DNA of 42,359 nucleotides from Jimgerdemannia flammicorona (Eukaryota): NCBI GenBank assembly GCA_003990765.1, contig RBNJ01000091.1, positions 1 to 42,359 of the forward strand, read 5' to 3'. Shown piece by piece: positions 34,856 to 42,359 of this stretch (position 1 is its first letter; each line of letters starts with the position of its first letter). The notes under the pieces were generated by a model. It saw only the letters and a program-made list of their open reading frames with translations, ran no database searches and was not told where the DNA came from. The position numbers and the translations under genes were made by a program.

Positions 34856-36452
34856 TGTAATGGTGATCTCAGAATGATAATATCAGCATAAGAGACAGCA
34901 ATTCCTTATAAGCCACCAGATTGAAGTATAAGAAGATCATATAGCATGACTCACTCAGGCTATGAGATGAGTAATGATAACCAACTGTGAATTATTGTGA
35001 CTACTGTATAGGTATCTTGAGGAATATAAAAGAAGGATCAAGGAACTACAGTAGCAGCAACTCAACAAGACCCACAAATCTCAAAATAGCTCAAAGACTT
35101 ACCACAAATGAAATACCTGCTGCTTGCCAAACATCAAGATCAAGGAACCACCAAGGCACCTCAGTTGAAGAAAGAATATTTCAAGACATCAGAAGAGCCA
35201 TGAGGACTTGCATAAGAAGAACTCCTAGCCTTGACCTGAGTACTAGGAATCTTTATCACTTTATTCTCTAATGTCATAAGATGGAAATAAGGATCACCAT
35301 TACTACTGAATACCTTCAAATATGGCAGGAGTACAAAATAGGAAACCTTCTCTGCTGGAAGTTCCCACAGACCAGCCCTCAAGAGTTACAAGATACCACT
35401 CCTATGGATATATATGAAGTAAGAATAGCTAAGAAGATTCATCAGATCTTTAGACATATACCATAGTTGATCTCCAACTTGGAGTATATTAGAGTCTCAG
35501 ATTTCAGAGATCTGTTAGCCTGCCATATCAATGCACTAGAAGCCAGGGTGGCTACAGAAACCCAGTCTACTATCACTCTCAATAGTGATGAAGTAGAAGA
35601 CTTCTGGCATCCCATCCTCCAGGACAACCCAGATCAATTCCTGTAAGGATTGATCTCAGTATTCCAAGACTCAAGCATCTAGATTAGATCTCCTCAAGAC
35701 CCCACATTTGTCTCTTATTTTGTAGAAGAGAACCTCATAGACTAGAGAGCTCTGGATCTTCTCACTCTCCCCACTGCTACCAAATATAATGATATCATCA
35801 GCAATGATATCATCCTGTGTGACATGTATGAAGCATGTGAAATATGTGACCTATGTGATGAGATGGATGAAATGTTCACAGACCTTATCTCCTTTGAAGA
35901 CATCCTGACCTCTGATGAAGATGAAGCTTTCATGGTCTTGAATATTCTACTCTAAGTCTCTTGGTTATACTGAATTATGCTGGTATCCTTTTTCTGTATA
36001 ACAGCTATTTCTCCACTAGCATTCTGACCTTGTGCGACTCAGAATTATTCCAGCACCCTTTTCCTGTATTACCAAAATTATACCAGCATCCTAAACCTAT
36101 ACAACTATCTATATCGACACTGGAACTTAGCAGTTTTCTGTATTCCAGTATTTTATTTGGTTATTGGAATTTATATTTAGCTTTATATCTTAGTAACTAT
36201 TAAATTATATTTTATATAAATATCTCTCTTATTTCCTTTGAAATAAAGTCAGTTCCAGTTTAGTTACATACAATTTCTTGCAAGCAATCTAAGAGATAAT
36301 AAGACAGTTTAAAGATAAGAAGTTTGAGGACTATAAGACCTTGAGAAGGTACTCCAATAAGAACTTGCTTATAACAAACTTGAGTTAGTCTAAGAGATAT
36401 ACCTTGAAGAGAATCTGATATATTTGAAGGACTCAGTGACCACTATGTGACA
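34856..36452 (+). repeat. 3' LTR of element B
   Basis: TGTAATGG..TGTGACA; direct repeat of 27558-29154. Confidence 0.92.
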
Positions 36453-36585
36453 GCAGCTAAGTGAGGGCTGAATAGTCTGTCTGGATGGTGAAGTATCTTT
36501 TGGTGAGATAGTAGTGAAACTTTTCTATAGGCCAGATAACTGTGAAGTACTCTACATAACTTATATAATTTATATCACTGAAGGT
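36453..36585 (-). mobile_element. Continuation of Gypsy element A (RNase H)
   Basis: Minus strand reads VIWPIEKFHYYLTKRYFTIQTDYSALT*L and joins in frame across the TSD to LTTEQLKG on the other side of element B. Confidence 0.85.
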
Positions 36586-36667
36586 ACATCTCTCTCCACT
36601 ACAATTCACATTACACACACTTTACAACACACTTTCAAATCGTTTATTGGAGAAAGATATTAAGGAG

Positions 36668-38680
36668 ATGTCAATCAGCAAGCAAGCTGACACACGTACT
36701 AGGTCGGGTGAATCTGGGGCCTTCAACTGGCAGTATGTCAGGAGAGGGTATGGACTGGGGATAGGGTCTTTTGGTGGCTCGAGTGGACTGGGCAGCTTGA
36801 GTAGTGGAGGCAGCACTGGTGGGGGGGCTGGAGGGCAGCAGAGAAGGAGCTTTGTGAATACACTAAGGACTGGGGGTTGGCCGATGGGTGCTCGCAGTGG
36901 ACAGGCAGGAGGGAAGGGGAAGCAGAAGGTTGGGAATGCTGGGGGAGCTGGGCCTTCGCTGGTGGGAGGTGGAGGAAGTGGAGTAGTGGCTGGGGGTAGT
37001 GGCAGGACTGCTGATGGTGGCATGATGGTGAATCAGAAAAAAAAAGGAGATGTGATGGCTGATGGCCAGGGGGGGCAGGGGTTCCCGATGTGGAAGGGGG
37101 GACCTGGCAGATGGTGTAACGGGACTGGCAGTGGCCCCGTTACTTAAGAAGTTGATCTCAGAGTTCATGGCTACCTTGTGCTTCCAGGGCTTGGCAGTGA
37201 TAGCAAGAATGGTCCTGTGGCTTATTTTGAAGCAGGTGGCTGGGGCAGCCTCAGTGAAGTTCTTGAAGGGCCTGGAGGGGGTTGAGGTGGACTTTGAGGA
37301 GGTGGGCCTACTGGATGAGGCCATGAAGACTAGAGTGGTGGTTGGGAAGGTGGTGGTCCCCATGGTGAGGTGCTTGAGGTGGGACCCCAGGGTGGTGCAG
37401 CTTCTGGTGAGGGGGGTGCCCATGGTTACTAAGGAGGAGACTAGGAGGAGGGTGGAGGAGGTGATGGTAGAGTATGGTGATGTGGTGGATATTGGCTTTC
37501 AGTTGTGGGAGGGGACAACATTCCGGATGGGTGACATCGATGTCAGGATTCAGTTGGCGGGGAAGGAGGCCACAGGGAAGATGAGTGACTGGCTCTCAGT
37601 GCTGATGTGGGAGGCCTTCATCTGTAAGGTGTCAAGGGTGAAAGGGAGTGAAGAGGAGGAGGAGGACTTGTTAGAGGCACTGGAGGAGTTGAGTGGTGCT
37701 GTGGAGAGGAGGGCAAAGGCCTGGAAGCTATATGAGGAGTCAACACATCTGGAGGTTGTGGATGGGAAGTGTATTCATACTGATAGGAAGCAGTGGGAGC
37801 AGGCCCAGAGATGCAAGAGGCAGAGGGAGCTGTTGGCAAGTATGACAGGAGGGGTGACGAAGAAGTTGGTTGGGGCTGAGGAGTCTGGAGGCATCAAAGC
37901 CAGTGTTTGGGCTAGTAAGGGTGGAGAGGAGGTAGAGGCAAATGAGGCAGGGACTGGGAAGATGCAGGACAAGAATCCATATGCTGATGGTACCCTTGAA
38001 GTGTGGGAGCAGGAGTTGGATACCACCCCCCCCCCCCACTTATCAGGAGGGGCCCAGCTGGGAAGAGAGGGATGACGGAGGATGTACTGATGCAGGGGGC
38101 CCAGCGTGTGCACTTTGGGGTCTCTGATGTGGCAAAAGGGGGCCAGGTGGTGGCAGTTGGGGAGGATGAGCTGGTGGATATCCCCAAGGAGGAGTGGGAT
38201 GAAGCTGCCAGTGTAGGAGCTGACACTGCAATGTTGGATGCAGGGCAGCCAGAGACTCCAGGAGGGAAGGAGGTGGGGAACTCATTGTGGATGAGCAAGG
38301 TGATGGATAACCTTGCAGCAGAGGCTTTGGGGGAAGTGGACCTGTGGGCGATGCCTGAGGAGCATTGGGCATGGACTCTGCATGGCAATGGCATGGTGGA
38401 GGCACTGAAGTGGGAGATTCTGGCAATTTTCCTAGAGGAGGAGGGATATGAGGTTGACAAGGCGAGGAAGGCAGAGTTGGTGGTGGTCGCTGGTGAGTGG
38501 GCAGCCTACTGTTGGACAGAGCATCATGGTCTGCAGCTCTGGCAGGAGGCCTGTCTGAAGTATTGCAAGGACTTTGAGGAGCAAGAAGATGGAGCAATGG
38601 TCGAACTTCTGGGAGAGTTGGAGGCATGGGAAGCTGGAGAAAGGGAACTAGCTGCTAAACGTGACCTGGATTTGGTGTAG
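36668..38680 (+). pseudogene. LINE ORF1 (Gly-rich N-terminus, RRM-like core), frameshifted
   Basis: ORFs 36647-37147, 37062-38075 and 38003-38680 overlap at homopolymer runs. VQLLVRGVP..EYGDVVDI resembles the ORF1 RRM-like segment. Confidence 0.6.
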
Positions 38681-38735
38681 GAGGAGCTGAATGCAGACTT
38701 GTAGAGGGTGGGATCACGATATACTATTATTCTTT

Positions 38736-41700
38736 ATGAATAGTACAACCAACATTTTCTCTTTGAATATGAATGGGTTGAGGGGATCTGCGTGGCATAA
38801 GAACATTTTTACTTAGCTCAAGGGATTGGAGGCTGATCTCTTTTTACTACAGGATATTCAGTGTGAGGATGAGGACGACCGGATAGAGTGGACTAGAGAA
38901 TGGGGTGGGGCTATTGCTTAGTTTGGAAAAGTAGCGATTCTGGTGAGGAAAGACAGGGGAGACTTGGGGGGAATCAGGAGCTGGGGTGATCACTTGGTCT
39001 GGGGAGATTGGCATTGTCCAGGGTGGGAATCGGTGAAGGTGGGCTCTTGCTACTGCCCTACAGCTAGGGGTGAGAGGACTGCATAGATTAGAGAGCTGCT
39101 GGTGGAGGGTATTCTCTTGGAGGAAGGGGTCGATGTACTTGGTGGGAACTTTAATATGGTTCAGGATCAGCATCTGGATAGAACTGATGGAGGGAGGAGT
39201 GCAGGGGGGAGAAGTGGTGGTCTGGATGCATGGGAGAAGGTTGAGATATTGAGCTCCTTGGGGGATATGGGCAGAACACAGTGGGGTGATGCCAGGGTCT
39301 ACATACATTGGGTGAATGGCTTTGGCACAAGGATTGACTGGATTCTGATGGCGGAGTGCTGGGGTCCCAATATTTGGAAGACATTGGAGGTGGAGTAGTG
39401 CCCATGGTCTGATCACTGGGGACTGTTGGGGCAGGGGCAGTTTGGGGGGAGTGGAGATGGACCTGGACATTGGTGCCTTAACTCCTCCCTGCTGGCTGAG
39501 AAGGGGTTGTGGGAATCATGGGTGGAGGACATTCAGGCGAAGGTTTCTCTCTGGAGGCATGAGGGTTTGTCTGTGGATGTCCGTTGGATGAGATTGAAAG
39601 AGGCTGCAAGGGTTTATTGGAGAGGGGCTAGCAGAGAGGCTGAGAGGTGGAGGAGGAGGCGCATGGGGTGTGCTTCCAGCAGGCTGAGGAGACTACAAAT
39701 GGATTGGGCAGATTTGCTCACTGCTGATGAGGTGGAGGATTAGAGAATAGAGAGGGCGAAATTGGAGATAGTGGAACTGCAACAGGTATTGAGAGAAGAG
39801 GAGGAGGCCCATTTGCGAGGTATGGCTGCTAGGCTATGGTGGCAGGGGCTTGAGGAGGGTGAGTGGCCTACTAGGTACTTATCAAGACTCCTCAAAGCTA
39901 GGAGAGTGCGACATTGGTGGGATGGGGTCCTGGATGCTGATGGGGATATGGTCCATGGAACACAACAAATCTTAGGGGTTTTGAAGGAAAGATGGCAGGG
40001 TTTGTGGAGTGAGGGAGAAGGAGGTGCTGATGAGGTGGCGATTGCTGATACACTGGAGGAGTGTGGGCCGCCGCAAGTAGCTGGACTGGGTGACTTGATC
40101 TTACCAGTGCAAGGAGAGGAGATCCAGAGTGTCCTGGCAGCAACTAAACTCAAGACGGCACCAGGAGAGGATGGATTGCCATGGGACTTCTGGAAGAAGA
40201 TGGTCAAGGTCCCCGGAGTCTTGGGTGAGATAGCTGCTCTCTGTGACTATGTTCTTCAGAGTGGTGAGTGGGTTGGAGAGCAGGACCTCAGGCTGGTGGC
40301 CTTATTGTACAAAGACAAGGGGAGGAGGGAAGATTGGAAGAACTGAAGGCCAATCATGCTTCTGGATATGGATAGGAAGATAGTGACTAAGGTGATTGTC
40401 ACAAGGCTGCAGAAAGTTGCCCAATAGGTGCTGGGGGAGGAGCAGTGGGGCTTTGTTGGGAGCAGACTTATAAGAGATGGGACTGCATGGGTACATGGTG
40501 TCATTGAAGGGGCCCAGGCCTGTGGATTGGATGGAAGGTTGGTCTTTTTGGACCAGGAGAAGGCCTATGACTGTATATGGTGGGTTTGGCTGGGCAAGGT
40601 GTTGGACCAAATTGGTGTGCCCCCAAGATTTAGGGCCTCTATGTTGAATCTGCTAGAAAGTAGTCAGGTAGCACTGATGTGTAATGGATACCATGGGAGG
40701 ACATTTTTCCTGGAAAGAGGAGTTTCTCAGGGGGACCCTCTGTCCCCTATTCTCTATGCCCTTTTGCTGGAGCCGTTGATGGATAGGATTCGCTGGAAGG
40801 TGGCAGGGCTCTCTATATATGGTATAGTGTGGAAGGTGGGGGCCTTTGCTGATGACATGGTGGTTGGACTTGGGTCTGTGGCCGATGTAGAGGCACTTAA
40901 GGAGACAGTGGAATGGTATAAGGCTTACTCTGGGGCGAAGCTCAACTGGTATAAGTGTGAGACAATGGTGCTTGGGAATGGGCTAGTGGGTGGGGATGTC
41001 ATTGGAACAATTGTCCCTACTGGTGAGGTAGTGTGGTATCTGGGTATCTTCCTTTCTGTATATGGTTCTGTCTTGCCACGAGTGTGGTGGGAGAGCAGGG
41101 TGACCATTTGGGGGGAAGCCCTTTGAGGTTGGAGAGGCTGCCATATCTCTTTAGCAGAGCGGGTGACAATTCTGAATGTATACTGGTTCCCCAAGCTGTG
41201 GTACATGGCCTATCACCTTGACTTCCTAGCATGGGTGGTGAAGAGGCTGATGAAGGTAGCTAGGGATTGGATTTGGGCAGGGAGAAGGTCCCAGGTCAGT
41301 TGGGATACTCTTGCGAGACCAGTGGTCAGGGGAGGTCTTGGCCTTGTGGATTTCTCTAAGAGGCTGTACTGCTTGCGAGCCTGGTGGTTGAAGAGAGCTA
41401 TGGAACTGCAGGGCAGAGGTTGGGTGCCTCTGCTGCAGAAGGTGTGGGAGGTGAGAACCTCCCCTCGAGGGTCCTCCAGAGATCTGCTCTCTTTGGTGGG
41501 GCTGAATGGAAATCGGCGGCTGCGGTTCAAGGGCTTTTGGTGGGGAGTGGTAGATGGAGTGCACAGGATTGGTCTGCACAGGTAAGACAATGAGGGGGAG
41601 GTAATGTGGGGGCCTAATATGTGGTGTTGGGATAGACTGCTCCTGGGGGGTGCTCTACTTGCTACGTTCGATATTGGGGAGAGAGTAGGGTGTCAGCGGG

Positions 41701-42359
41701 GGCTTGGCCAAGATCTTTGGCCAAGTGGCTGGCAGGCAGCAGAGATTGACAAGGAGTGGGACTGGGCTGGTATCTGGTCATAGAGTGCTGAGGTGTGAAG
41801 GTGGCTTCATCCCAAGTTCTGAGTAGTATGGTGGTGAATACTGCAGAGGAATATCATGTTGAATTTCCACACTGGGCATCTGGTGGATGGTGGCTGTTTC
41901 GAATGTGAGGAGTGTTACAATGTAGGGCAGGCTGGGGGTCTGGTGCAGATGCCGGAACATTGGCTAGAGGAATGTGAGATATTGGGAGACTTTTGGGTAG
42001 TAATAGAGAATAGACTGGGTGTGCAGTGACAGCCAGCAGGTGAGGGGGGCTGCTGGGAGGACTTGAGATCTCAGCTAGTGGGTGGAGTGGGTGATAGTTG
42101 GCTCACTATAGGGTGGGTGTTAGCAGTGTGGGTGGGACTGGCGGGTCATTGGCTCTTTGTATTTGAGGAGGGGTGGCAGATGGGGCTGCAGGAGAAGGTA
42201 TTAAGGTGGGAGGAGCTGTTGGGGGATCTGCTGACTGGATGGTGGATTGGTTGGGGTCCTCAGGGGGGGTGACATCGTAGTTTGGTGGTAAGGATCTGTG
42301 AGCAGAGTGGTGGAGGGTGGAGATGGTGTTAGACAAAGTGGTCTTTTATCAGGAAGGGG
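38736..42359 (+). pseudogene. LINE ORF2: APE endonuclease and reverse transcriptase
   Basis: IFSLNMNGLRG, LFLLQD, LGGNFN, TRIDW, SDH; APGEDG, N*RPIMLL, FLDQEKAYD, GVSQGDPLSP, AFADD, YLGI; multiple stops. Confidence 0.92.

Larger units (their letters stand above)
27558..36452 (+). mobile_element. Full-length, inactivated Ty3/Gypsy LTR retrotransposon B with dUTPase
   Basis: Two 1597-bp LTRs; TSD GCAG (27554-27557 and 36453-36456); PBS-like TGG after the 5' LTR; purine tract before the 3' LTR; order gag-PR-dUTPase-RT-RH-IN. Confidence 0.95.
36590..42359 (+). mobile_element. Non-LTR retrotransposon (LINE, L1/Tx1-like), inactivated, runs off the window
   Basis: Short A/C-rich 5' UTR, ORF1, and ORF2 with APE endonuclease and RT; strongly G-skewed. 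Confidence 0.9.

Noticed and set aside
34547-34990. Further small ORF between integrase and the 3' LTR
   Set aside because: Several stops and no recognisable motif; cannot be supported without a family consensus.
36622-42336. Pro/Ser/His-rich minus-strand ORFs
   Set aside because: By-products of the G-rich LINE plus strand.

Overview
Eukaryotic, almost certainly fungal, DNA (Zn(II)2Cys6 genes are present; the TE style suggests an early-diverging Mucoromycota-like fungus, which is inference only). There are four zones. (1) 1-1.5 kb: AT-rich, with a decayed Sola-like DDD transposase and a 70-bp-arm hairpin. (2) ~1.5-19.5 kb: a CpG-rich array of scrambled direct and inverted copies of one ancestral unit (non-coding modules plus an intronless gene with an N-terminal C2H2/C2HC-like finger, an acidic middle, a half Zn cluster and a C-proximal Zn2Cys6 cluster). 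It holds two intact copies, one pseudogene and five 5' fragments. (3) 20.4-24.5 kb: two divergently transcribed, intronless, distantly paralogous genes with the architecture of ClyA/Hbl/Nhe/YaxAB-type alpha-pore-forming toxins, then a broken Uma2/PD-(D/E)XK (Crinkler-like) remnant. The gene pair is the best candidate for an undescribed system. (4) 24.5 kb to the end: a nest of transition-hypermutated retroelements. A decayed minus-strand Ty3/Gypsy carries a full-length dUTPase-bearing Gypsy (1597-bp LTRs, 4-bp TSD GCAG) and an L1/Tx1-like LINE. The long LTRs contain an accessory ORF with an apparent homologue in the older Gypsy. All calls come from manual motif reading and hand alignment; no database search was run, and module boundaries in the array are approximate.
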